Source of the DNA: a bacterium
GTDB lineage: Bacteria; Zhuqueibacterota; Zhuqueibacteria; Residuimicrobiales; Krinioviventaceae
Reading direction: 5' to 3'
NCBI GenBank assembly: GCA_963693055.1
Contig: OY843751.1
Location: forward strand, 4,960,001 to 5,024,000
DNA: 64,000 nucleotides
The notes below the pieces were generated by a model, which had not been told where the DNA came from, did no database searches, and worked only from the letters and a program-made list of their open reading frames with translations. The position numbers were made by a program, and so were the translations under genes. Below, piece by piece: positions 41,560 through 51,005 of the stretch. Position 1 is the stretch's first letter, and the number at the start of each line of letters is the position of its first letter.

Positions 41560-41707
41560 ACGCTCCCCGGAATTATGATAAATAATACAACCAATTTACA
41601 AGATTATCAAGCATGTTTTGTAAAATTTATTATTTATCTCCATGTTTTTTTCATTTTAATTACTATTTTAAATCAGCTGTTGATTTCATTTAATGCATGG
41701 AATAATT

Positions 41708-43198
41708 ATGAAGCAGACATTCAAAATTCTTTTTTCATTCTTGCTCTTTTCCCTTTGTAACCTCTATGGCGCAGACAGACCGCAATGGGGCGAACAATAC
41801 TCTCGCAATATGGTATCACAAGAAACCCATCTACCAGACCAGTTTGATCCTCTTACAGGTAAAAATATAAAATGGAAAGCCAAACTCGGCAAACAATCCT
41901 ACTCTACACCTGTAGTTAGCGGTGGCAGGGTATTCATTGGTACCAATAACGAGTTTCCTCGCGATCCCCGGCATACCGGAGACAAGAGCATTCTACTCTG
42001 CCTTGATGAAAAAGACGGCAGCCTGCTATGGCAATTGGTCGTACCTAAATTACCTTACGATATCTATTGGGACTGGCCAGGTGGAGGCATCAGCTCACCT
42101 GCCACAGTTGAAGACGATAAAGTCTATCTGGTCAGCAGCCGTGGTGAGGTGCTCTGCATGGATATTCACGGACAGGCAAATGGTAATGACGGCCCATATA
42201 AAGATGAAGCTTCTTTTGTCGTGCCGGAAGAGAGTGCGCCCATACCACCGGGACCGAAAGATGCAGACATTCTCTGGATGTATGACATGGTTCACGAACA
42301 AAACATCCGCCAACATGATGCCGCACATAGCTCTATCCTGATTAAAGACGATTATCTATACATCAATACCAGTAATGGTGTGGACAATACCCACGCAGTT
42401 ATACGCTCGCCACAGGCCCCCAGCCTGATTGTACTGGACAAGCGCACAGGCAAGCTTGCAGCCAGAGACAATGAGGGTATAGGTCCGCGCATCTTTCACA
42501 GTACCTGGTCTTCTCCCACGCTGGGTAACATCAATGGTCAAAACCAGATATTTTTCGGTGGCGGTGATGGAATTCTCTATGCATTTAAAGAAATAACAGC
42601 AACGCTTTCAACTCCCGCAACGCTCGATAAAATCTGGTGGTACGATGGAGATCCTACTGCTCCCAAAGACAGTGTGCACAAGTATCTGAAAAATCGCAAT
42701 ATCAGCCCCAGTAACATCAAAAGCATGCCAGTGTTTCACAATAACAAAATCTATCTCACACTGGGCGGTGATGTCTGGTGGGGTAAAAATCAATCCTGGA
42801 TCCACTGCATAGATGCCACCGGGCAGGGAGATGTGACAGCATCTGCTCAACGCTGGTCCGTGGAACTCGGCAAGCACTGCTGCTCCACTCCATCCATTTA
42901 TAACGGATTGGTATTCGTTGCTGATTGCAGCCGCTATGTCTACTGCCTGAACGCAGAAACCGGGGAATTGTATTGGAAGCATAAAACAGATAGTGACATG
43001 TGGGGATCAACTCTGGTTGCAGATAACAAGGTGTATATCGGAACCAGGCGAGGCAGCGTATGGGTATTTGCCGCAGATAAAAACAAAAAGATCATTCACA
43101 CGGCGGAATTTGACAGCGACATTAATCCCTCTCCGGTAGCCGCAAACGGCACTCTTTATATAGCTACAATGGAGTATCTATACGCAATTTCTGAATAG
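41708..43198 (+). CDS. PQQ-like beta-propeller repeat protein
   Basis: Signal peptide; WKAKLG..YSTPVV..GRVF; repeated C.DA.TG...W. Confidence 0.85.
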   Translation: MKQTFKILFSFLLFSLCNLYGADRPQWGEQYSRNMVSQETHLPDQFDPLTGKNIKWKAKLGKQSYSTPVVSGGRVFIGTNNEFPRDPRHTGDKSILLCLDEKDGSLLWQLVVPKLPYDIYWDWPGGGISSPATVEDDKVYLVSSRGEVLCMDIHGQANGNDGPYKDEASFVVPEESAPIPPGPKDADILWMYDMVHEQNIRQHDAAHSSILIKDDYLYINTSNGVDNTHAVIRSPQAPSLIVLDKRTGKLAARDNEGIGPRIFHSTWSSPTLGNINGQNQIFFGGGDGILYAFKEITATLSTPATLDKIWWYDGDPTAPKDSVHKYLKNRNISPSNIKSMPVFHNNKIYLTLGGDVWWGKNQSWIHCIDATGQGDVTASAQRWSVELGKHCCSTPSIYNGLVFVADCSRYVYCLNAETGELYWKHKTDSDMWGSTLVADNKVYIGTRRGSVWVFAADKNKKIIHTAEFDSDINPSPVAANGTLYIATMEYLYAISE

Positions 43199-43309
43199 CA
43201 GATAATTCCGGGGGAATATTCATCACTGTGGGGTTAAAAACTCAAACTTTTTACACTTTTTTTATCCGTTTTGAAAAAAAAATGTAACTTTTTAAAATTT
43301 TATTCGTTA

Positions 43310-43333
43310 TATTAGTAGCATGAACTACTAATA
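43310..43333. promoter_or_regulatory. Palindromic operator (likely TrmB autoregulatory site)
   Basis: TATTAGTAG-CATGAA-CTACTAATA, a perfect 9-bp inverted repeat 13 bp before the ATG. Confidence 0.6.
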
Positions 43334-43346
43334 CGAGGCGCAGTGC

Positions 43347-44237
43347 ATGGATCAGGAAACAGGCATAGTATCATTAATGGATTTGGGTTTTACCCGTTTA
43401 GAAGCGGAAATATATACCTTTTTGGTTCAGAACCCACCTTCCACCGGTTACCGGATCGCACAGGCAATAGGCAAGCCTGCAGCCAATGTATACAAAGCCT
43501 TACAAACCCTGGAACTCAAAGGCGCTTTACTGATCGATGAATCAGAAAACCGCATGTGCCGCGCTGTAGAGTATTCGGAATTGCTTGACCGGATGGAACG
43601 GCAGTTCACAGACAGCAAAAACAAAGCTTCGGCCTCTTTGGCATCTTTGAGAACAGAAGATAATGATGATCGGGTGTACCAGGTCAAAACCCGCGAACAG
43701 GTACTTGAACGCTGTCGCAACATGCTTGAAACCGTTCAGGAAATCATCATTATTGATGCGTACCCGGAAATGCTGGAGACGCTAAAACCGGATATAAACA
43801 AAGCGATCAAACGCGGCGTTAATGTGGCTGTTAACGCGTACCAACCCGTTTCCATCCCGGGAGCAGAACTGTTTGACCGCCCCGATGGTGAGCGCTTTAT
43901 GCGTCGCTGGCCGGGATACTGGATCAACATCATCAAAGACGGTGATGAATACATTATCGCATTTTTCGACCGTAAAGGCCAGGTTGTTCAGGCTGTCTGG
44001 AGCAGCAGTCCCTATTTATCTTGGGTATATTATTCCGCACTGCTCTCCGAACTGCAGCTGGTTGCCTTGAAAAACAATATACTCAGAGGCACAGACTATA
44101 GCCAATTGTTACAGATCATTGACAATTACGATAAATTTTTCACACTCGAGGCATCTGGTTATAAAAAGCTGAAAAAACGATTTGCTGAAATTGCGGGCAT
44201 AGACCCGGATATGGACAACAGCATTTACACATACTGA
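43347..44237 (+). CDS. TrmB-family transcriptional regulator
   Basis: LGFT..EA.IY..L...TGYRIA.....ANVYKALQTL..KG winged HTH plus effector-binding domain. Confidence 0.88.
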   Translation: MDQETGIVSLMDLGFTRLEAEIYTFLVQNPPSTGYRIAQAIGKPAANVYKALQTLELKGALLIDESENRMCRAVEYSELLDRMERQFTDSKNKASASLASLRTEDNDDRVYQVKTREQVLERCRNMLETVQEIIIIDAYPEMLETLKPDINKAIKRGVNVAVNAYQPVSIPGAELFDRPDGERFMRRWPGYWINIIKDGDEYIIAFFDRKGQVVQAVWSSSPYLSWVYYSALLSELQLVALKNNILRGTDYSQLLQIIDNYDKFFTLEASGYKKLKKRFAEIAGIDPDMDNSIYTY

Positions 44238-44275
44238 ATTTAACACCAACAAAAAAATCACACAACTCTACCAAC

Positions 44276-44318
44276 AAGCGGCTTCCCGGAAACAATCACA
44301 CAACCGGGGAGCCGTTTT
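44276..44318 (+). terminator. Intrinsic terminator
   Basis: AAGCGGCTTCCCGG...CCGGGGAGCCGTTTT. Confidence 0.7.
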
Positions 44319-44333
44319 GCTTAAAAGCTTGCC

Positions 44334-44418
44334 ATAGAACACGAATTGCACGAAAAATACAAATTTGCACATCTTTTATTCGTGAGCACCCGTATCATTT
44401 GTGTTATCAGTGTTCTAT
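44334..44418. repeat. Short inverted-repeat element with periodic subrepeats
   Basis: ATAGAACAC...GTGTTCTAT perfect 9-bp termini; internal CACGAA/TTCGTG motifs. Confidence 0.45.
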
Positions 44419-44575
44419 TGTCCAAATTTAAGAAATCCGTGTTTATCGTAATAAAATATACAATGAAAAAAAATTTACACTTTTATTCATAAAATTCCGT
44501 AAATTGATAGTCTGTAATTGTTATGCTTGAGAACCGGTAAAAATCCGGTAGACATAAAGGAGTTAATACTATATC

Positions 44576-46414
44576 ATGCGTAAAGAAAATTTTAGAAATG
44601 TAGCCATTATTGCACACGTTGACCATGGTAAAACCACCCTGGTTGACGGCATGTTGAAACAGAGTGGCATATTTCACGAAAAACAAGAAGTTGCCGACAG
44701 AGTCATGGATTCCATGGACCTGGAACGTGAGCGCGGTATCACCATTATGGCAAAAAATACTGCTATCTGGTATAATGACATAAAGATCAATATTGTAGAT
44801 ACCCCCGGTCACGCCGACTTTGGCGGCGAGGTGGAGCGCAGTTTGAATCTGGTAGACGGAGCTATCCTACTGGTGGATGCCAGCGAGGGTCCACTGCCCC
44901 AGACTCGCTTTGTGGTTAAAAAAGCCCTGGCTAAAAAGCTACCAATTATTCTGGTAATCAACAAGATTGACCGTCCCGATTCACGCATTCAGGACGTAAT
45001 CAACGAAGTGTATGATCTGTTTATCGATTTGGATGCAACTGAAGACCAGATCGAATTCCCCATTCTCTACACCAACGCCAAAGCAGGTGTTGCGCATCTC
45101 GACCTTGAAGATGGTTCTGAAAACCTCAAACCCATGTTTGAAACCATTGTTAACAATGTTCCCGGACCTAAAGCGGATGACAGCGCCATTCCGCAATTGC
45201 TGGTCACCAACCTGGATTACGATTCTTTTGTAGGCCAAATCGCCGTAGGCCGACTGGAAAACGGTACACTGGAAATGAACAAACAATACACGTTGTGCGG
45301 CGAACATGAAAACCGTACCGGCATTAAATTCTCTGCTTTGTATACCTTTCAAAACCTGGGCAAGAAAAAAGTGGACAAGGTAGTTGCCGGCGACATTATT
45401 GCCCTGGCTGGTGTGGATGGTATTCGCATTGGTGATACTATTTCCGATCTGGAAAATCCACAACCCATGGAACGTATCCACGTGGATGAACCTACGGTAT
45501 CCATGGTATTTTACGTCAACAATAGTCCCTTTGCCGGTCTGGAAGGCAAGTTTCTGACATCACGTCACATCAAAGAACGGCTTGACAAGGAAACTCTGGG
45601 CAACGTGGCTATTGATGTTGAAGAAATGGAACGTACCGACGCATTCAATGTTATGGGTCGTGGTGAACTGCAAATGGCCGTCTTGATTGAAACCATGCGC
45701 CGTGAAGGTTACGAATTTGCTGTTTCCAAACCACAGGTTATTACCAAAGAAATTGATGACAAAACTCACGAACCAGTAGAACATGTTTATATCGATGTGC
45801 CGGAAGAATATGTGGGTGTAGTTACTGAAAAATTGTCTAAACGCCGGGGCAAGCTCAATAATCTGGTGAATCACGGACACGGGCGTGTGAATCTCGAGTT
45901 TCTCATCCCCTCACGCGGTCTCATTGGCTTTCGCAGCCACTTTTTGACAGACACTAAAGGATCAGGCGTGATGAACTCGATCTTTCACGGATACGCACCC
46001 TGGTTTGGAGCCATTCCCCAGCGCGCAAGCGGCGCTCTGGTAGCCGACCGTCCCGGACGTGTAAATACCTATGCCAGCCTTGCTATGGTAGACCGCGGAG
46101 AGCTGTTTATTGAAGTGGGTACCGAAGTATATGAAGGTATGATCATTGGTGAGCGCAACCGCAGCGAAGACCTGGATGTCAATATTACCAAAGAAAAGAA
46201 ACTCACCAATATGCGTAGTTCTACTTCTGAAGCTACAGTGACATTGCGTCCCCCGCGCATGCTCAGCCTTGACCAGTGCATCGAGTTTATTGCAGAAGAT
46301 GAAGTGGTTGAAGTTACTCCCAAGAGCATCCGCATGAGCAAAATGGAACGTGATAAACAAAAACGTGCGTCAATCCGTAAAAAAGAAAAATGGGCTAACA
46401 ACATGGAAGAATAA
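44576..46414 (+). CDS. typA: Translational GTPase TypA/BipA
   Basis: AHVDHGKTT, ERGITI, DTPGHADFGGEVER, NKID, GRGELQ, KKLTNMRS, EVTPKSIR. Confidence 0.98.
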   Translation: MRKENFRNVAIIAHVDHGKTTLVDGMLKQSGIFHEKQEVADRVMDSMDLERERGITIMAKNTAIWYNDIKINIVDTPGHADFGGEVERSLNLVDGAILLVDASEGPLPQTRFVVKKALAKKLPIILVINKIDRPDSRIQDVINEVYDLFIDLDATEDQIEFPILYTNAKAGVAHLDLEDGSENLKPMFETIVNNVPGPKADDSAIPQLLVTNLDYDSFVGQIAVGRLENGTLEMNKQYTLCGEHENRTGIKFSALYTFQNLGKKKVDKVVAGDIIALAGVDGIRIGDTISDLENPQPMERIHVDEPTVSMVFYVNNSPFAGLEGKFLTSRHIKERLDKETLGNVAIDVEEMERTDAFNVMGRGELQMAVLIETMRREGYEFAVSKPQVITKEIDDKTHEPVEHVYIDVPEEYVGVVTEKLSKRRGKLNNLVNHGHGRVNLEFLIPSRGLIGFRSHFLTDTKGSGVMNSIFHGYAPWFGAIPQRASGALVADRPGRVNTYASLAMVDRGELFIEVGTEVYEGMIIGERNRSEDLDVNITKEKKLTNMRSSTSEATVTLRPPRMLSLDQCIEFIAEDEVVEVTPKSIRMSKMERDKQKRASIRKKEKWANNMEE

Positions 46415-46456
46415 GTTTTGCGATATAGCAAACGTTAGATAAAACATAAATTCTGG

Positions 46457-46494
46457 AATACCCGGGAGGTCCATGACTCTCGGGTATTTTTTTT
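46457..46494 (+). terminator. typA terminator
   Basis: AATACCCGGGAG...CTCTCGGGTATTTTTTTT. Confidence 0.85.
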
Positions 46495-46590
46495 GATCCC
46501 ACTCCCGAAAATTCTTTACATACCTATCCTGACTTTTACTCATCCTCACCTTGTTATTGATTCTCTATAAATTATTTTGTATACTAGAAT

Positions 46591-46788
46591 ATGGATAAAT
46601 TTAAATTAGACAAATCCTCATTTTCAATTGCTTCCATTCATGATCAGGGCAAAGATAAAGCGTATTGGCAATCGAAAACGCCCCTGGAAAGACTGGAAGC
46701 CCTGGAATTGATGAGACAGGTGCTTTATGGCTACGATCCGACTACCCTCAGACTCGAAAGAGTTCTTGAGATTGTTGAACGAAAATAA
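46591..46788 (+). CDS. Small protein of the type usually paired with a nucleotidyltransferase (putative TA partner)
   Basis: YWQSKTPLERLEALELMRQ...LRLERVLEIV; promoter-like TTGATT-N17-TATACT immediately upstream. Confidence 0.6.
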   Translation: MDKFKLDKSSFSIASIHDQGKDKAYWQSKTPLERLEALELMRQVLYGYDPTTLRLERVLEIVERK

Positions 46789-46798
46789 TGTCAGATAG
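46727..46798 (+). pseudogene. Truncated nucleotidyltransferase (DUF6036-like) N-terminus
   Basis: Overlapping frame MATIRLPSDSKEFLRLLNENNVR* stops where the ...YL.IGG.AV core would begin. Confidence 0.5.
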
Positions 46799-46890
46799 TG
46801 GATTTTGAAAACGGTTATAAAATTAAAATCATGGGGACCCGCAAGTTAACTGAATGCCCAACGGGATATAATAAAAAAAGATCGTAAATA

Positions 46891-47130
46891 TCAGTGATTC
46901 AATTTTTGTCTTGACACATATTCATCCAATAGGTTTCGTATCATCTTTTGATATTGCGTACTGTGTTTTTGTGCTATTTCTTTGAAAAAATCGACACTAC
47001 TTTTACTCAAAGATATTGTAATTTTTATAGTTTCTTCTTTAAAAGCCAGTTCTTCCGTTGACGGAAGGAAATCTGTCACAACCTGCACATTATCTATTGG
47101 CTCATCAGTATATTTTATTTTCTTTTTCAT
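46891..47130 (-). CDS. CopG/BrnA-like antitoxin (orphan)
   Basis: KYTDEP...DFLPS.EEL...KITISLS..SVDFFK..A......YQKMIRNLLDEY ribbon-helix-helix. Confidence 0.75.
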   Translation of the reverse strand: MKKKIKYTDEPIDNVQVVTDFLPSTEELAFKEETIKITISLSKSSVDFFKEIAQKHSTQYQKMIRNLLDEYVSRQKLNH

Positions 47131-47287
47131 ATATCTTTTATACTATTTTATTAATTACCGGGTTCAAATGCGCATGATGGGACAACATACCAAAACATTT
47201 GTACTGAATTTTATTAGAATTGATTTTGAAACAAAATCATACAACGACAAACAAAATTATGCAATAATACTTAACCTTTTTTTATCT

Positions 47288-48190
47288 TTATTTAACTAGT
47301 ATTTCTTTAAATAAATGAATTATTAATTGTTCTAACATAACTTCATATTTTTCAATTTCATTTATATCTGTAATTCCCCTCGGGATGAATCCACTGTGCA
47401 TCAATTTATTTCTCTTTGTATTTATTTTTTTTATTTCTTCTTTTGAAGTTTCTAATTTTAATTGATTCTTATCAACAAACCAATCCCATTTATATAAAAA
47501 TGGATAACGATTTAATTCGTCTATTTTTGAATAAACAACTTTCCTATCTCTATCATCATAAAAAACTTTTATTTTTTCATTATTCTTCATAAAGGCCCTG
47601 ATATCCTTTTGAAATTCTTTTTTCACTTTTGTTCTAAATTTTTCAACATCAATAATAAAATCACCATATTCATGATTCCTCGAAAATTGATAATTAATTA
47701 AAGACTCTAACACAATCCATTGTCGTATAAGCTTACGGCCTATGAAAGTATTAATATTTTCTTCAAATGTTAAAGACAATTCAAAAAGTAGGGATTTAAT
47801 AACTCTAAAAAAATCATCCTCAATTTGCTTATTGTTTAAAGCGACTTTTATAAAACTAATAATTTCATCATGTTTATCATTAACCATCGCTGGCTTCGTT
47901 ATTTGCCCAGAATATGTATTAACTGCTCTTTTTAAAATAATATCCCCATCATTGTTAACTTGATAGGTGCCAAACCAAAAAATATATTTTCGTAGACTTA
48001 TTGATAAAAGCAAGCATAAAAAGTCTATAATTTCAGACATATCATTCTCAATCTCACTAATGCTAGTAAAATTAGCAAAATAATAATCTTCATTGTTTTT
48101 TTGTATTCGAACAAGTTTGATATTGTCGAAAGTAATTTCATCAAAAAAGATTATATTAAACAATCTAAAAAATTCTTTACCATTAATCAT
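47288..48190 (-). CDS. HEPN-domain (ApeA-like) putative RNase
   Basis: WIVLESL helix and C-terminal RNKLMH (Rx4H) motif; very AT-rich. Confidence 0.6.
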   Translation of the reverse strand: MINGKEFFRLFNIIFFDEITFDNIKLVRIQKNNEDYYFANFTSISEIENDMSEIIDFLCLLLSISLRKYIFWFGTYQVNNDGDIILKRAVNTYSGQITKPAMVNDKHDEIISFIKVALNNKQIEDDFFRVIKSLLFELSLTFEENINTFIGRKLIRQWIVLESLINYQFSRNHEYGDFIIDVEKFRTKVKKEFQKDIRAFMKNNEKIKVFYDDRDRKVVYSKIDELNRYPFLYKWDWFVDKNQLKLETSKEEIKKINTKRNKLMHSGFIPRGITDINEIEKYEVMLEQLIIHLFKEILVK

Positions 48191-48287
48191 TGCATCACCA
48201 TATATGTTTATTAACTGATTGTTTTTTAAATTTTAATCCTTCAAAGGGTATTGTAAAGAATCAATAACCTTTGACATAATCTACGAA

Positions 48288-49319
48288 TTATTCTTCCTCG
48301 ATAGATTGCACAACTCCTTCCAAATAACATACCCAGAGCCAATGTTGAAGATGAGTTATTTTTGAATGGCTGGTTACACCAAAAAAGTCCTTTAAGGCTA
48401 ATTTCACTTTTTGACTACCAAGCTCAAGTCCAAGATGAGATAATAGTTCTCTTTCTTTCCTGTATAAATGTGGACGAGTATGCCGGTAATCAATTCGAGC
48501 TGAAGCATGTTCAATTCTCCCATCCATTGTCTTTTTGTATTTTGTTTGTAAATAATCTAATATTGCAGGTGCACATTCATTTGGCCAGTCCCAAATAATA
48601 GTCCATTTATTATTCTTGATTCCAAAATCTTTTTTGAAGTTATTATACATAACCGTATAAGATTTTTTGCCAAATCTTTTTTCCCGAGATTCTCCAATTT
48701 TGTTAAACAGTTCAATAATCCTTGATTTTAGCAACGTATCTGCCCCAATGCTAGATGGAGAAGGTAAAATTTTTATTTCAGGAGGTTTATTATTTACAAT
48801 AAAATTTCCACCAACTTGTATGTTATTATTTCCTAAAATCTTTTGATTTATCATCTCGTTTTCAGCTTCTTTTTGTTTACGCTCTTGTGACACTTGGGGG
48901 GATATGTCATGCTTATGACCAGTGACAATACGTTTGATTGATTTTAAAAAAATTTCTCGTCGTGTTTCAGCATCCAAGCCAACTAAATCAATATAAACTA
49001 TAGCTGACAACAAACCTTCTGGTTGACATTCTCTTATTCTAACAGGAATGAGGACTTGCTTACTCCCAATAGGATCTTTTAAAAAAGCTGCTGCCCATTC
49101 TGACTGAGCAAACTTTGAATTAAAATAAGACGGTGAAAAAAGTGCAATAGTTCTTTCACAATTTTTAGTAGCATTCTGCATTTCTAAAATAAAATTAGAG
49201 CCAGCAATAAAATCCATTTTTTGCATAACACAAGTATACTTTTCATCGACAAGCCAATTATAGATTATATTTGCATCAAACTCGTCATCACGGTTGTAAC
49301 TAATAAAAAAATCTACCAT
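48288..49319 (-). CDS. TIR-domain protein with uncharacterised C-terminal region
   Basis: DFFISYNRDD, DF.AG.NF..EM, LFSPSYFNSKFAQSEW (catalytic Glu retained), LIPVRI, YIDLVG. Confidence 0.88.
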   Translation of the reverse strand: MVDFFISYNRDDEFDANIIYNWLVDEKYTCVMQKMDFIAGSNFILEMQNATKNCERTIALFSPSYFNSKFAQSEWAAAFLKDPIGSKQVLIPVRIRECQPEGLLSAIVYIDLVGLDAETRREIFLKSIKRIVTGHKHDISPQVSQERKQKEAENEMINQKILGNNNIQVGGNFIVNNKPPEIKILPSPSSIGADTLLKSRIIELFNKIGESREKRFGKKSYTVMYNNFKKDFGIKNNKWTIIWDWPNECAPAILDYLQTKYKKTMDGRIEHASARIDYRHTRPHLYRKERELLSHLGLELGSQKVKLALKDFFGVTSHSKITHLQHWLWVCYLEGVVQSIEEE

Positions 49320-49440
49320 AATGCATTACTCCAATTTTAATCACTTATTACTTTGTTAAAATACTTTAGATAAAGTATTATGCAATTGAAGCTAGGAATT
49401 ATTAAGAATTAAATGTTTTTAAGGTAAAGTACACTAACTA

Positions 49441-49635
49441 TTATCCACCAATATAATGGCTTGGAACAGACTCCCAAGTGCTACATTTGCGACGGATAGC
49501 ACGAATAAATGTATGAAACAATTCATATTCATCCACAGTGACATTACCAATTACTTCGTTAACAGTTTCCTTTAATGCCCCCCTAATCTCGCAGTCCAAA
49601 TATCCAACAATCTCTTCAATCTCTATTTGTGCCAT
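49441..49635 (-). CDS. Small hypothetical protein (64 aa)
   Basis: AGAGGA RBS; MAQIEIEEIV...RKCSTWESVP; co-oriented with the TIR gene. Confidence 0.55.
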   Translation of the reverse strand: MAQIEIEEIVGYLDCEIRGALKETVNEVIGNVTVDEYELFHTFIRAIRRKCSTWESVPSHYIGG

Positions 49636-49879
49636 ATTGCATCCTCTTAAATGATATAAAACCATACGTAGAATTTACCATTTCACTATCAATTCCTGAT
49701 ATTGAAATATATGAGACGCTAAAACGCCAATACACTCCTACAATAAACTACCTTAATAAAGCGAGTTTCAATATAAAAATAAAAAAATTCAGAAAAACCG
49801 TCTGCCCCTGAACTCCCCATATCGTATTCATTGCTATAATTAAATAACAATATTCTCACCCATAAATGCAAGAAAATTA

Positions 49880-50545
49880 TTAAAGCCCGACTATCAGGCT
49901 TATCGTATGCAGCCCCATATTAAACTCGATCGCGTCCGGTTGGCGCAACGTGCTGTGTGTATATCGTAAACCGATGGTCATATCCAGCACACTCAACTCC
50001 AACCCGCAAATATATCCTATGGTAGAACTGTCCAAAATCGGTTTTACAATTCCCGGATCTTCGATGGTCTTCACATCAACGTGCCCATGATAATAGCCAT
50101 CGGATTCGTATGGATCAAAAATAGTTTTATGAGAATTGCTTGTAACATTATCGTACACACCAAACATGAGCGAGGGCCCCATATAGAATTTTAATCGGGA
50201 GCGGGTATAAGGGACTGGTAATTTTATCATCAACGGAATTTGAACAAATACCTGTTCTACTTTAAAATCTGCGAGTCTCACATATCCCGGATAGCTTGAC
50301 CTGATTTTATTCCACATTTCAGTTTTACGATAGACCAGGTTAATTTCTGATTCAAGCTTGAGAGACCTGAACAGTCCCCACTCTGCTCCCCAACCCAGTT
50401 CATAACCCATAGGCTGAGATGCGCCCGCCGCATCGATTTTTGAATAATTAACACCTACACTAACACCCAGCGATTTTGCTCCGGACATGTTTGGAACCAG
50501 CAAGTACAAACAAAAAACGAGTACACAACATTTAACTTTAATCAT
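49880..50545 (-). CDS. Outer-membrane beta-barrel (PorT/porin-like) protein
   Basis: Signal peptide; GVSVGVNYS, VQIPLMIK, FYMGPS, alternating beta-strand pattern. Confidence 0.65.
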   Translation of the reverse strand: MIKVKCCVLVFCLYLLVPNMSGAKSLGVSVGVNYSKIDAAGASQPMGYELGWGAEWGLFRSLKLESEINLVYRKTEMWNKIRSSYPGYVRLADFKVEQVFVQIPLMIKLPVPYTRSRLKFYMGPSLMFGVYDNVTSNSHKTIFDPYESDGYYHGHVDVKTIEDPGIVKPILDSSTIGYICGLELSVLDMTIGLRYTHSTLRQPDAIEFNMGLHTISLIVGL

Positions 50546-51005
50546 GATATCCCCCAAGTTGAAATGGACATGTTTCACCGTTCTATAATATAAACGCCTA
50601 TCGCAATAAATGCAACAATAAATCTGATTGAAAATCAATAAACCAGGAGCCAAGGGTTGAAAAAATCCATCAAAACCCTTTTCTGTTTTGTAACTTTTTC
50701 ATATATTTGCGTATATTGTATCTCAATGGGATGATACACTATCATTCAAACCATAATCAATTTTTGGAACATTTGTCGCCTTTATGACTATATCTATAAA
50801 TGCAGATTAACACATATTTGATTAACCAGTAATACTGTTGAAAACAGTGTTGTATTGGGGCGGTTTTCATTTATGAAGGCCATATAAACGTATGGCCATA
50901 CCCTAAATCTGTAGGATGTATAATAATCCCCCTTTTCAAGTATTTCCAACAAAATCATAAACCATAATTCACTGTAATTACTGAACAGCACAGGAGAAAT
51001 GTGCC

